The notes beneath the pieces were generated by a model, which was not told where the DNA came from, ran no database searches, and saw only the letters and a program-made list of their open reading frames with translations. The translations under genes were made by a program, and so were the position numbers. A stretch of 62,971 bases of DNA, filler included. It is 6 parts of 6 records of this genome, joined end to end, with 100 filler letters (N's around TTAATTAATTAA, not from the genome) between each part and the next. Parts side by side here need not be neighbours in the genome. Positions count along the whole stretch, not along the records: positions 9,338 to 24,662 come from DRR378314_2284; 5 more parts are not named here. One strand, 5' to 3'. Shown here piece after piece: positions 12,581-22,961 of this stretch; within the stretch, counting starts at the first letter, position 1; every line of letters begins with the position of its first letter.

Positions 12581-13264
12581 TTATCCGGCGACGCGGGCTT
12601 CGGCATCCGGCACGACCAGGCGATAGCCAAGGCCGCGCTCTGTCTGGATTCGGTCCGTGCCAATCTTGCGGCGCAGGCGGCCGATGAAAACCTCGATCGT
12701 GTTCGAGTCACGGTCAAAATCCTGGTCATAGATATGCTCGACCAGTTCCGTGCGCGGCACGACGCGGCCCATATGGTGCATCAGGTAGGACAGGACGCGA
12801 TACTCATGTGCGGTCAGCTTCACCGGTTCGCCATTCACACTGGCCCGTGCAGCGCGGGTGTCGACCACCAGCTTGCCAGCTTCCAGCGTCGCGGCGGAGT
12901 GACCCGCGGCCCGGCGTAGCAAGGCGCGCAAACGGGCCAGCAATTCCTCGGTGATGAAGGGCTTGGTCAGATAGTCGTCCGCGCCCGCGTCAAAGCCTGC
13001 AACCTTCTCGCTCCACGAATCGCGCGCGGTCAGGATCAGCACCGGGAAGGACTTGCCGCCCGCCCGCCATTTCTTCAGGACGCTGACGCCATCCATCTTC
13101 GGCAGGCCCAGATCCAAGATCACCGCATCATACGGCTCGGTATCACCCAGGAAGTGGCCGTCTTCGCCATCGGCGGCCAAGTCGACTGCATAGCCGGATT
13201 GCGACAGCACGTCGGCCAATTGGCGACGCAGGTCTGAATCATCTTCAACAACCAGGATACGCAT
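12581..13264 (-). CDS. feuP: OmpR-family response regulator, FeuP-like
   Basis: MRILVVEDD...GHFLGDTEPYDAVILDLGLP...HIYDQDFDRDSNTIEVFIGRLRRK. GGAGG RBS upstream of ATG 13264. Confidence 0.88.
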   Translation of the reverse strand: MRILVVEDDSDLRRQLADVLSQSGYAVDLAADGEDGHFLGDTEPYDAVILDLGLPKMDGVSVLKKWRAGGKSFPVLILTARDSWSEKVAGFDAGADDYLTKPFITEELLARLRALLRRAAGHSAATLEAGKLVVDTRAARASVNGEPVKLTAHEYRVLSYLMHHMGRVVPRTELVEHIYDQDFDRDSNTIEVFIGRLRRKIGTDRIQTERGLGYRLVVPDAEARVAG

Positions 13265-13301
13265 CAATACGTCCCTCCGAATTCAAAAATACACTGTCGG
13301 G

Positions 13302-13613
13302 TCATGCGCCCTGCCGGTCAAGCACGCGGCCAGACCGGGCGTCCACCGTGAACCGCATCTTGCGACCATCGCCGGTCATCCAGTCGATCTTGTAGCGTGG
13401 ATTTCCGCCATTATCGAACAGGTCTGCGTTCAGTTGGTAACCGCCATACTGGCGCTTCAGATTCTGGAAAATCTGGCTGAGCGGCACCGTTTTGCCTTCG
13501 CGCACCGAATCGCGCGCCTGGCCCGGCGACCATTGGTTACGCCAGTCCTGCGCGATCGCCGGTGGCGTCATCACAAGGCCCAGGGCCAGAAGAAAGGCAG
13601 AAATCCGTCTCAT
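13302..13613 (-). CDS. Secreted PepSY-like small protein (FeuN-like position)
   Basis: Signal peptide, then AR.SVREGKTVPLSQI and C-terminal VDARSGRVL, typical of PepSY proteins upstream of two-component systems. Confidence 0.75.
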   Translation of the reverse strand: MRRISAFLLALGLVMTPPAIAQDWRNQWSPGQARDSVREGKTVPLSQIFQNLKRQYGGYQLNADLFDNGGNPRYKIDWMTGDGRKMRFTVDARSGRVLDRQGA

Positions 13614-13639
13614 GGCTTTGCTGTATAGGCATCAGGCTC

Positions 13640-13654
13640 TGAATACCAAGTGAA
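13640..13654 (-). promoter_or_regulatory. Candidate OmpR-type direct-repeat site TTCA-N7-TTCA
   Basis: Minus strand reads TTCActtggtaTTCA (11-bp period), 27-41 nt upstream of the PepSY start codon. Confidence 0.4.
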
Positions 13655-13708
13655 CATATCCGCGCGGATTCCTTCACTTTCAGCAGACAGCAGCGCATCG
13701 AGGTGCGC

Positions 13709-14464
13709 CTAGCCTTCGCGCTTGCGTGCGCGGCGGGCAATTTCTTCGGCTTCGGGGTCCGACGCGATAACCAGCCCGCGCATCACCCCCTTCATGACCG
13801 CCGATGTCCGGTCGAAGACTTCCAGCTTCGCGAAGATGCGCTTCACATAAGTCCCCACCGTGTCCGGGCTGAGTCTCAGCGTTTCGCCAATCGCGGCATT
13901 GCTGCGTCCCTGCGCCATCCAGTGAAGCACGTCGAGTTCACGGCTCGACAGATTCATCTCGTAATTCAGCTCCAGCGTCATCAACTGGCAATAGCGCAAA
14001 TAGGCGGTCTGGGCGGCCACCTGGAACAATTGCATGTCCACGGCATGAAGGCTGTCTTGGCCAGTCTCGGAACTTGCCGCGATGAAACCGACGCGTGCCG
14101 CAGGTCCGTAAGTTGCGACACAGACACCTTTCTCCATGCCCCAGCTTTTAAGGTCTTCCAGATACGTCGTCTCGTTCTGGTTCAGCACCACATCAGAAGG
14201 CAGATGATCCCAATGAAAGGCCGAGCCGATCCGCACGGCGATATCCGGCAACGGGTCATCCATATGGCGCGCGTCGAGATAGGCGTTTTCCCATTCAAGC
14301 GGAAACCCGGCATTCACCAATGTCCGCCCCACCGAACGGTCATGCCCGATGGGAGACAGACAGATCACGCGCGGCATGCCCATCATGCTGAACACGGAAA
14401 CAGCTTCGGCTCGCAGATCCTGCAAAGACCGCGCAGTCAACAAAGCTGAAATACCGTCCAACAT
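13709..14464 (-). CDS. LuxR-family regulator with autoinducer-binding domain (LuxR solo)
   Basis: Likely start MLDGISALL at 14464. AHL-pocket pattern W-x3-Y-x7-DP...W...G (EWENAYLDARHMDDP...FHWD...WGMEKG) and HTH LSSRELDVLHWMAQGRSNAAIG. Confidence 0.88.
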   Translation of the reverse strand: MLDGISALLTARSLQDLRAEAVSVFSMMGMPRVICLSPIGHDRSVGRTLVNAGFPLEWENAYLDARHMDDPLPDIAVRIGSAFHWDHLPSDVVLNQNETTYLEDLKSWGMEKGVCVATYGPAARVGFIAASSETGQDSLHAVDMQLFQVAAQTAYLRYCQLMTLELNYEMNLSSRELDVLHWMAQGRSNAAIGETLRLSPDTVGTYVKRIFAKLEVFDRTSAVMKGVMRGLVIASDPEAEEIARRARKREG

Positions 14465-14961
14465 GTCGCTCACCTCTCCAACACCCTGAACGATGCTAGA
14501 TGGCTTCCCCTGTTCGGCAAGAAAAAAGCACCCTCTCCCTTTCGGGGTCGGCGCGCCGGACCATTTCATCGAATGATCCGGCGATGCCGAAAGCGCGCAC
14601 AATGCACGCCTGATGGTGCCTGCGTCCCCCACAGCCACGATGGCAATCTATCTCAATCTCCGGCTTTCGCCAAAGAGATTCCTCCATCATGGGTGGAGCG
14701 CGCTTTCCATGAAAAAATGCAATCGATGGAAACTTTCAGCATCCAACTGCTAAAACACGAATTCATGATCTGACATTTTGTCCGTACATTTTCGCCAGGC
14801 CAAATCGCCCGTCCTGTATATTTCACTACACGATGAAAAAATCCCGGACTTCAGCGCCCGGCTGCCTGGCCGCAATTATGGTAAACGCGACCAATCTGGT
14901 TTCCCTTTTGGTAACGCAACCACGTCAGTGAGATTGGCGGACTGATGGGTTTACCTTTTTT

Positions 14962-17406
14962 ATGTACAATGTGTTGACTTGCATAACGACCGAGCACGAT
15001 CTCTCGCACGTTATTGCCGCGCTTCTGGTTCTGACGTTCAGCAATTGCTGTTCGCTTGTCGTGTTCCGCCGCAGCATGGTGGCTGTACAGCTGCAGAACC
15101 AGATTTTCTGGGCGATTGCTGCCGGCACGGTCGTCGGCCTGGGCATCTGGTCCACGCATTTCATCGCCCTGCTCGGCTACAACCCCGGCTTTGAAGTTGT
15201 CTTCTCGGGCGGACGCACCATTCTCTCCGCCATGATCGTGGTCACCGGTTTCGTGACCACTGCGCTATTGATGCGGATGAATTCCGATGTCCTCGTGCGG
15301 GTGCTTTGCGCAGCGATCGCCACCGCCTCGGTCGCCGCCATGCACTTCTGCGGCATGACCGCCCTGAACGCCTCAGCCATCATGGAATACGACCAGATGA
15401 TGGTCACGACTGCCCTGGTGCTCGGCTTCATGGGATATGTTGCAACCTATCTCACCGGCGCGAACCCCAGCATCCCGCGCAGCACCCTGCTGGCCACCGT
15501 GTTCAGCATCATCGCCGTGCTCTCCATCCATTTCATCAGCGCCACCGGCACCACGATGATCCCGGTAAAGGGGCTGGAAATTCCAGCAATCGCGCTGCGT
15601 TCAGGCGGCCTTAGCATCATCATCGCTCTGGCCATGCTGCTCGTCGTTTTCATCTTCGCGATGGCCGCAGGGCTCGACAATCAGTTCCAGCGCATCCGCA
15701 ACAAGGAACAGCGCAAACTCTTCGTGCTGGCCGATGCCAGCAGCGAGGGCCTGTTCGTAGTCGCCCCGGATGGCACGATCCTGTCCACCAACTCATCCGC
15801 GCGCACCATGTTCAAGGATGACGGCCCCGACGCACGCAAACTGGAAGACCTTGGTTTGACGCCGGAACCAGAACCAGAAACAGAACAGATGCTGGTCGGC
15901 AAGAAGATCCAGGACATCCTGCAGATCAAGGATGAGGACATCACCTTCGCCGGCAATCACGATTTCGGTGAGCGGCGACTGCGTTTCTCTGACGGCCGCG
16001 AAATGGTGGCGACGGTGTCCAGCCGCTATGTCAGCGAATCGGATGGCGATTTCATCGTCTTCGCCGTTCATGACATGACCCAGCGTGTCCGCGCAGAAGC
16101 CCGTGTGCGCACGCTGGCCTATCGCGACTCGCTGACCGGCCTCTACAATCGTGTCGCCTTCAACATGGCGCTGGAATCTGCCGTCAGCAAACGAACAGGC
16201 ACCAACCCGCATGAACTGGCCGTCCTCATTATCGACCTCGATGAGTTCAAGGAGGTCAACGACCAGTACGGGCATGGCGCAGGTGATACGCTGCTGAAAT
16301 CCATCGGGCGCCGCCTGTCCAGCCAGCTTGAAAAGAAAGACGTTCTCTCACGTCTCGGCGGCGACGAGTTTGCGGTTCTCCTGCGCGGTCGCAAATCCCA
16401 GGACGAGATCACGGATGTCGCCAGCCGCATCCTGACGGCCCTGTCAGACCCCATCGCAATCGGGCGTCGGAACCTGTCCAGTGGCGGCAGTATTGGCATC
16501 GCCATGGCCTCCAGAGGCAATCACAGCGCAGCGCGCCTGCTCACCTTCGCAGACCGCGCGCTCTATTCTGCCAAGGAAGCCGGGCGCAATTGTTTCCGCT
16601 TCTATGACGCCGAACTGCACAAGCAACAGATGGAGGCACGCAATCTTGAGCGCGCCTTGCACAAAGCGGTCGAGAATGACGAACTCGTGCTCCACTTCCA
16701 GCCCAAGGTGAATGCGGCGACCCGGGATGTTGTTGGCCATGAAGCGCTGGTGCGCTGGAACCGTCCCGGCATCGGCCTTGTCGGCCCGGACACATTCATT
16801 CCGATTGCTGAACAAAGCATGCTGATCGTGGAGATTGGGCGCTGGACCATTCAGGCCGCCTGCCGCGCGGCACGCCACTGGGGAGAGAATGAGTCCGTCG
16901 CCGTGAACCTCTCCGCCCGCCAACTGCTCGATGCAGACCTGGTCGATACCGTCCGCACAGCGCTTGCCGAAACGGGCCTGTCGCCAAACCGGTTCGAACT
17001 GGAGATCACGGAAACAGCCATCATCCACAACACCCAATTGGCCACCAGCATCCTGCTCGACCTGAAGAGTCTGGGCATCAAGATCTCGCTGGATGATTTC
17101 GGAACCGGCTATTCCTCGATGAGCTATATTCAGGAATTCCCGTTCGACCGTATCAAGATCGACCGCTCTTTCGTGACCTCCATGAATGTCGATCCGAAAT
17201 CACGCGCCATCGTGGAAGCGATCATCCATCTCGCACATTCGCTGCAAATCCCCGTCGTCGCGGAAGGCGTTGAGACAGAGGACCAGGCCGAAGCCCTCGC
17301 CCGTCTCGCCTGTGAAGAATTGCAGGGCTATCTGATCGCCGCGCCAGCGCCGGTAGAGATCATCTTTGAAGACGACACGCTTCTGTTCGAACCGGCACAG
17401 GCCTGA
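14962..17406 (+). CDS. MHYT-PAS-GGDEF-EAL diguanylate cyclase/phosphodiesterase
   Basis: Membrane MHYT-like repeats (STHFIALL, AMHFCGM, SIHFIS), a PAS region, intact RLGGDEF, HEALVRW and DDFGTGYSS. Confidence 0.93.
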   Translation: MYNVLTCITTEHDLSHVIAALLVLTFSNCCSLVVFRRSMVAVQLQNQIFWAIAAGTVVGLGIWSTHFIALLGYNPGFEVVFSGGRTILSAMIVVTGFVTTALLMRMNSDVLVRVLCAAIATASVAAMHFCGMTALNASAIMEYDQMMVTTALVLGFMGYVATYLTGANPSIPRSTLLATVFSIIAVLSIHFISATGTTMIPVKGLEIPAIALRSGGLSIIIALAMLLVVFIFAMAAGLDNQFQRIRNKEQRKLFVLADASSEGLFVVAPDGTILSTNSSARTMFKDDGPDARKLEDLGLTPEPEPETEQMLVGKKIQDILQIKDEDITFAGNHDFGERRLRFSDGREMVATVSSRYVSESDGDFIVFAVHDMTQRVRAEARVRTLAYRDSLTGLYNRVAFNMALESAVSKRTGTNPHELAVLIIDLDEFKEVNDQYGHGAGDTLLKSIGRRLSSQLEKKDVLSRLGGDEFAVLLRGRKSQDEITDVASRILTALSDPIAIGRRNLSSGGSIGIAMASRGNHSAARLLTFADRALYSAKEAGRNCFRFYDAELHKQQMEARNLERALHKAVENDELVLHFQPKVNAATRDVVGHEALVRWNRPGIGLVGPDTFIPIAEQSMLIVEIGRWTIQAACRAARHWGENESVAVNLSARQLLDADLVDTVRTALAETGLSPNRFELEITETAIIHNTQLATSILLDLKSLGIKISLDDFGTGYSSMSYIQEFPFDRIKIDRSFVTSMNVDPKSRAIVEAIIHLAHSLQIPVVAEGVETEDQAEALARLACEELQGYLIAAPAPVEIIFEDDTLLFEPAQA

Positions 17407-17410
17407 TCGC

Positions 17411-18286
17411 CTAGCGACCCTCGGCCCAGTCCTTGAGGCCGGGATCTTTCGGATCGGACAGAACAATCTCCAGCCGCGCATAGAGATTGCCCGGCGTTGA
17501 GGTTTGCACGCCCTTGCCCCGCAGGCGAAGCTGAGACCCGGTATTGGACCCCGCAGGCACTTTCAGCGTCACCGGCCCGGACGGGGTTTTCACCTCCACA
17601 CTGCCGCCCAGAACAGCGGTCTTCAGGTCAATGGCGACCGTCATGCGCAAATCCTTGCCATCGCGCTGCCAGACCTTGCTCTCGGGCACCTGGATTTCCA
17701 GCAGCGCATCTCCCGGCGGGCCACCATTCGGAGAGGGCTCCCCCTGGCTTTTCAGGCGCAGCGTCTGGCCAGTTTCCACGCCGGCCGGAATGTTCACGTC
17801 CAGCGCCGTCCCGTCCGCCATCGTCATCCGGCGGCGTGCGCCGGTGACGGCGTCCTCAAAATCAATCGACACGCGATAGCGCACATCCCGGCCCTTTGTC
17901 GGACCGGCGCGGCGCGAGCGTCCACCGCCGAACATGCCGGACAGGATGTCTTCAAACGGGTCGCCTTGTGCGCCGCCAAACGGATTGCCGCCGCGCCCTT
18001 CCCAGCGATAGGAACCACCCCCCTGGCCATAGGGCTGGCCACCGCCGCCAAAGCCGGTCGGGTTGCCGTCGCCATCGATCTCGCCGCGATCGAATTTCGC
18101 CTTCTTGTCCTTGTCGCCCAGAATGTCCCACGCGAGAGAGACGCGCTTGAACTCTTCCGCCTTGGCCTTGTTGTCCGGGTGCAGGTCGGGGTGCAGGTCC
18201 TTTGCCTTCTGGCGGTAGGCCTTCTTGATGTCGGCATCACTGGCCGAACGGTCCACGCCGAGCACTTTGTAAGGGTCAAGAGCCAC
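17411..18286 (-). CDS. Class II DnaJ/CbpA-like chaperone
   Basis: J domain DPYKVLGV...LHPD, G/F-rich linker and DnaJ_C without a zinc finger. Start probably GTG at 18286. Confidence 0.92.
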   Translation of the reverse strand: MALDPYKVLGVDRSASDADIKKAYRQKAKDLHPDLHPDNKAKAEEFKRVSLAWDILGDKDKKAKFDRGEIDGDGNPTGFGGGGQPYGQGGGSYRWEGRGGNPFGGAQGDPFEDILSGMFGGGRSRRAGPTKGRDVRYRVSIDFEDAVTGARRRMTMADGTALDVNIPAGVETGQTLRLKSQGEPSPNGGPPGDALLEIQVPESKVWQRDGKDLRMTVAIDLKTAVLGGSVEVKTPSGPVTLKVPAGSNTGSQLRLRGKGVQTSTPGNLYARLEIVLSDPKDPGLKDWAEGR

Positions 18287-18364
18287 GGGCCGGGCATCCT
18301 TCTGTCTGCGAGTCACTTATCCGCACACAGTTAGGCCCTCCCGCAGCGTATTGAAACCCGGAGA

Positions 18365-18835
18365 TTACCTTACCGGGTCGACCCGCGCGGCATAGCACCC
18401 CGGCCGGGCATTGTGCAGGTGAAGATAGGCAACGCCCTCTTTCGACAGCATGTCCGGTATCGCCGTGGCCAGGTCAACGCCTTCCGCCACATCCGCTGCG
18501 ACCATATCGTGCGCCTCATTAAAGGCCCGGATCGAGATCAGCCGCAATGTGAGGGATTCCGGCACCTCGCCCAATTCCGGCTGGGCTTGTGTCGCACCCG
18601 CCCGCACGAATATCGCATGGGACGCGCGGTAGGGCGTCGCCTCATCATGGTGGCAATGGTGCAGCAGGAACACCGTCTCCCCGATGTCTGCATCCTGCAG
18701 GCTGACCCGGCACGGATAGCCGGGATTGGCATCCACAACCCGCTTGTGAATGTTCTGCGCGGCCAGTTCCGCATCAGACAATTGGGTCAAATGGGCGAAC
18801 TGGCCTGCTGGCAGGGCGCGGATCTGGAAAGTCAT
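18365..18835 (-). CDS. DUF1203 family protein
   Basis: PGYPCRVSLQDA, PYRASHAIFVR and YLHLHNARPGCYAARV. Confidence 0.85.
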   Translation of the reverse strand: MTFQIRALPAGQFAHLTQLSDAELAAQNIHKRVVDANPGYPCRVSLQDADIGETVFLLHHCHHDEATPYRASHAIFVRAGATQAQPELGEVPESLTLRLISIRAFNEAHDMVAADVAEGVDLATAIPDMLSKEGVAYLHLHNARPGCYAARVDPVR

Positions 18836-18902
18836 GTCGGGGTCCTTCGTGCTTCATGAAACACCCTGTCGGCCGCGCTCCGCTCGCGCCACCCGATACA
18901 TG

Positions 18903-21900
18903 CTACGCGCCGCAGGATTGCCACGCCCCAATCCGCCCGTCCGGCCCAATCTCTGCCACCCGCGCAGCTACCGCCCCAACAGGCCAGACGGCGGATGGCA
19001 CTTCGACAATCTCCGACGCGGAAAATCCTGAACCGAAATCGAACGCCACCGCGAACCGGCCTGCGTTCTCCGCTTCCGGCAGGGCCCAGCTTTCCGGCAC
19101 ATCCGCCCCGCGCCGTGTCCAGCTCAACTGGTCGCCCACGCGCCTCAGATGCGCAACCGGCCAGGGCCGGCCGGCCTGATCCTCGAACGTCTCCGCCATT
19201 GCGGTATCGTCGGTGACCGCTTTCCACATCATCTCCACGCCGAGCGTCTCGCCGCCAAGGCGCGCCCGCACCACAGCGGCATCCAGCATCACCAGCCGCG
19301 CGCCAATCTGGGCCCTGCCCGGCACGCTGCCCCTTTGCCCCCTCAACAGGCCGCTGAGCTGCCAAACATCCGGCGCAACAAGGTCCGCGCTCTGGAACTG
19401 GATGCACTCCCAGCCCGTTTCCGTCTCCAACAAGGCCGCATTGCCGCCGGACAGCACCTGCCCCTCTGGCAGGCTCGCAAACTCTCCCCCCGGACAATAC
19501 ACACTCAGAACCGTCGTAAGATCCCACCGCCCGATGGGCCCAGATCCACATGCCGCTGTCAGCCGTCCGATCACGGCAGGCCGGGAGAGGCGCGCCACCT
19601 CATTCAGCGCATCTTCCGCGAGCCCGGCCAGAACCGCCACCTCGCCCGGCCACGGATCGGCCCATGCCGCGACAAGCGGGCCGGTCTCCTCGCCAAATTC
19701 CGGCAGGTGCGGCGCGTCCATGATGACCAGATCCACCCCGCCAAACACTGCTGCCTCCGGCGGCGCGCTGCCGGCCTCTCCCGCACGGACACGCGGCATC
19801 GGTGTCAGCTCCTCATGGCAGGTGAGCGCGCGAACACCGCCGCGATCCGCCACATCGCTCACCCGCCAGACCGCGCCATCCTCCAGCCGCAGCCCATCGC
19901 CGGGCTCCAGCGCCAAGGCCGACAGCGGCAGCGCACAAGTCAGGCTCTCGCCGCTCGCCGCCGTTTCCAGCAAGGCCCCTGCCACGGCCTCCGCCCGGCT
20001 TGCCCCAAGGGCCAGTGGCAAGGTCACATCCTGCACAAGCCGTGCATCGCCCCCGCCTGCGCGCGCTTCGGCCAGACCCGGTTGGTAATCCGCCTCAAGA
20101 TCAATATGCGACAGGCGAAGGCGCGCCGGGGCCTTGTCCAGCAGGCCGCGCGTGCGCTGTGCCCCCGTCTCGGTCAGCGCCGCCGCCGACACGTCCAGCA
20201 CCTCGCCCTCACTCGCCATGCGGAACACCAGTGCGCCATCACGCTCCACGCACTCAAACCCGTACGCCAGTTTCAGCGGCTCCAGCGCCGCGCGCACCGA
20301 ATGCACCCCGTCGAGGCCATAGCCCTCAACCACGCCGTCCAGTCCGGAGACGTCAACATCTTCCACGCCGCCCCGCGCGCAGATGTCCGCCACCACATCG
20401 GCCAATGGTGCAAGGCCCGACCGGCCATTCAGCCAATGCCCGCGCGCCCAGTTTCCGCCATCACTCCAGACCGTCTCCTTCAGTGGCCAGGCTGGAAACG
20501 GTCGCCCATCCCACGCCCAGACATAGGCGGCCTGCACCAGTGGTTCAGCCTCCCAATGCGGCAACACCGCCGCCAGCGCCCGCCTCTGGAACACCTCGTC
20601 CCGCGCCCCGCTGGAATAGGGCGGCAGCGCGCTTTCGCTGCTTTTTGGATCATAGAACACATTTGGCGCATTCCCGCCCTTGTCGACCGCCGCAAAGCCG
20701 ATCTCCATCAGGCGAACAGGCTTCATTCCCGGCACCCAGCCGGTTGGTGCGGCCTCCCGCACCCCTCCGGGACGCTCATGATGAGAATGCCTGACCCAAC
20801 CCGCAACATCTTTCTGGCGGAAGATAAAGTGCTCCCCATACGCACCGTCATGAATGGACAGGCGCGTCTGTGCATCGCGCGCCGCGCCATCGGCATAATA
20901 CCAGTCATACGCCTCGCCGCCTGCGATCTGCGATGCCAGATAGGCCGGGTCGTCCGCCGCCTCATATCCCGCCAGGGCGTCCAGGTGCGCCGCGCCGTCG
21001 CGCCAGTCGCCAAGCGGCGGATACCAGTCCACCCCGACGAAATCCACATCCGCGCTTGCCCATAGCGCGTCGAGCGGGAACAGCACATCCCCTGTTCCGT
21101 CACCCGGCACATAGGCGCCATATTCGGTCCAGTCCGCCGCGTAGGAAATGTCCGCCCCCGGCAGGATCGCCTTCACCTCCGCTGCAAGGGCCACCAGCGC
21201 CTCCACAAACGGAAACGCGCCCGCCTCGTCCCGCACACGGGTCAGCCCCACCATCTCGCTGCCGATCAGGAACGCCTCCACGCCCCCCGCCTCAGCGGCC
21301 AGCTGCGCATGATGCAGGATGAACCGCCGGAAACCATTTGCGCCGTTCACGAAGGCGTCGATCTCGCTGCGCGCCGCCGCTGTGCCATCTGCCGACACGC
21401 CAATCCGCCCGCGCCACGGAAAGCCCTCGCTATCCATGAACAGGAAAGGCGACAGCGTCACCGACAGGCCTCGCGCGTTCATCTCCCGGATCGCGTCGAT
21501 CACGCACCGGTCTGCGGGCGTGCCACCATAATTCGGATTGCCGCCTTCATCGCGCGAAATGACATAGGCATCCCCCCGCGCGACACCGGCCACCTCCCAG
21601 GCATAGGGCACCGTCACCCGCTCGCGGACTTCCACACCAGGATGGATCTCACACGTCCCCGCCGCAATACTCGTCCCGAACCAGCCCACGGTCAGCGCCA
21701 CATGGGAAACACGCGGCAAATCTGTCTCCAGCTGGTCCAGCGAGACAAGAAAGTCCGCCCGCGCCTCACCCGACCACGCATTCAGCGCGCGCTCCTTCCC
21801 CGCAAACACCTGCTCGCGCACAATCTCCGTCGCATAGACAAACTCACCCGATGCCGGGATGATATTCACCGCCGTGACGACATCCGACAGCCCCGGCTCG

Positions 21901-22526
21901 GCTCCGCCCGGCGGAATGCGCTCCACCTCGAAAGAAAGCTGCGGCAACCGGTTGCCGAATGCGTCCAGCGGCAAATCCTCGAACACGATATAGGCCGTGC
22001 CGCGATAGGCCGGCGCCTTGCCTGTCCCCTCGATCATCTCGATCAACGGGTCCGGCGCCTGGACCTCATCGCCGGGATAGACGCGGTGCACGACGCCAGA
22101 CAGGTCAAACGCCTCACCATTCGCCCAGGCCCGCCGCACGCCAAGGATCGGCCCCTCGCCCAGCGCCACGGCAAAGCTGACCGAATAATCATACTCGGTC
22201 AGCTTCGGCCCGCCCTTGCTGCCGGCGCGGCGGGTTGTCTTTGTCTCCTTGAAGCGCGCCGCCCAGATCACCTGACCGCCCACCCTCATCCGGCCGTAAA
22301 CGGAGGGCATCCCCGCGCCTTCGCGCGCCTCCATCACGGGCAGGGATTTGACACGCGGCCCCTCCTGCGCCGGGGCGAAATATGCGCCCACCGCCCGCCC
22401 GGCCAGATTGCCGAGAGACTTGCCAATCGCCGCGCCGGAGAGTTGCCGCCCAAGCAGGGTCAGCCCTTGCGGCAGGGCCTGTTGCCCGATCGCCTGCCCG
22501 ACACTTGAAAACACGATCTGCGCCAT
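18903..22526 (-). CDS. GTA baseplate 'megatron' protein (RcGTA g15 homolog)
   Basis: 1207 aa. EGPRV...VYGRMRVGGQVIWA, PAYRGTAYIVFEDLPL, TIM-barrel motifs YAADWTEY and AYVWAWDGRPFP, WSDGGNWARGHWLNGR. Confidence 0.93.
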   Translation of the reverse strand: MAQIVFSSVGQAIGQQALPQGLTLLGRQLSGAAIGKSLGNLAGRAVGAYFAPAQEGPRVKSLPVMEAREGAGMPSVYGRMRVGGQVIWAARFKETKTTRRAGSKGGPKLTEYDYSVSFAVALGEGPILGVRRAWANGEAFDLSGVVHRVYPGDEVQAPDPLIEMIEGTGKAPAYRGTAYIVFEDLPLDAFGNRLPQLSFEVERIPPGGAEPGLSDVVTAVNIIPASGEFVYATEIVREQVFAGKERALNAWSGEARADFLVSLDQLETDLPRVSHVALTVGWFGTSIAAGTCEIHPGVEVRERVTVPYAWEVAGVARGDAYVISRDEGGNPNYGGTPADRCVIDAIREMNARGLSVTLSPFLFMDSEGFPWRGRIGVSADGTAAARSEIDAFVNGANGFRRFILHHAQLAAEAGGVEAFLIGSEMVGLTRVRDEAGAFPFVEALVALAAEVKAILPGADISYAADWTEYGAYVPGDGTGDVLFPLDALWASADVDFVGVDWYPPLGDWRDGAAHLDALAGYEAADDPAYLASQIAGGEAYDWYYADGAARDAQTRLSIHDGAYGEHFIFRQKDVAGWVRHSHHERPGGVREAAPTGWVPGMKPVRLMEIGFAAVDKGGNAPNVFYDPKSSESALPPYSSGARDEVFQRRALAAVLPHWEAEPLVQAAYVWAWDGRPFPAWPLKETVWSDGGNWARGHWLNGRSGLAPLADVVADICARGGVEDVDVSGLDGVVEGYGLDGVHSVRAALEPLKLAYGFECVERDGALVFRMASEGEVLDVSAAALTETGAQRTRGLLDKAPARLRLSHIDLEADYQPGLAEARAGGGDARLVQDVTLPLALGASRAEAVAGALLETAASGESLTCALPLSALALEPGDGLRLEDGAVWRVSDVADRGGVRALTCHEELTPMPRVRAGEAGSAPPEAAVFGGVDLVIMDAPHLPEFGEETGPLVAAWADPWPGEVAVLAGLAEDALNEVARLSRPAVIGRLTAACGSGPIGRWDLTTVLSVYCPGGEFASLPEGQVLSGGNAALLETETGWECIQFQSADLVAPDVWQLSGLLRGQRGSVPGRAQIGARLVMLDAAVVRARLGGETLGVEMMWKAVTDDTAMAETFEDQAGRPWPVAHLRRVGDQLSWTRRGADVPESWALPEAENAGRFAVAFDFGSGFSASEIVEVPSAVWPVGAVAARVAEIGPDGRIGAWQSCGA

Positions 22527-22529
22527 TGC

Positions 22530-22961
22530 CTAGTCCTCCACGCCGGGAAAGCTGAACGCCGCCACGGCCCGCCTCTGCCACCACGGCACCAGCCGCGTCT
22601 CCACCACCGCCCGCCCCCAATAGGCGTGCGCAATCCGCCCCGGCGCAGACAGCACGCCGCAATGCTTGGCCGGCACACCGCTCGCCATACGGAACACCAG
22701 CACATCGCCCGCCATTGCCGCGCTCACTGGCTTCTCCACCAGATGCATCCGTGCCGCCGCCAGCAGCGTGTCCTCGCCCGTCACTTCCGCCCAGTCCGGC
22801 GAGTAAGGCGGCACAGGCTGCGGCTCCGACCCGATCAACTCCCGCCACACCCCGCGCACCAGGCCAAGGCAGTCACAGCCCGCGCCCTTGCGGCTGGCCT
22901 GATGGCGATAGGGCGTGCCAAGCCAGCCCCGCGCCGCCGTCACAATATCCTCTCGTCTCAT
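22530..22961 (-). CDS. GTA NlpC/P60 peptidase (g14)
   Basis: ARGWLGTPYRHQAS...GCDCLGLVRGVWRE...AKHCG...HAY. Confidence 0.93.
   Translation of the reverse strand: MRREDIVTAARGWLGTPYRHQASRKGAGCDCLGLVRGVWRELIGSEPQPVPPYSPDWAEVTGEDTLLAAARMHLVEKPVSAAMAGDVLVFRMASGVPAKHCGVLSAPGRIAHAYWGRAVVETRLVPWWQRRAVAAFSFPGVED

Noticed and set aside
15862..15888. CCAGAA-type hexamer repeat (PEPEPETEQ) in the PAS region
   Set aside because: Short, in-frame and degenerate. It looks like a linker rather than a phase-variable tract.
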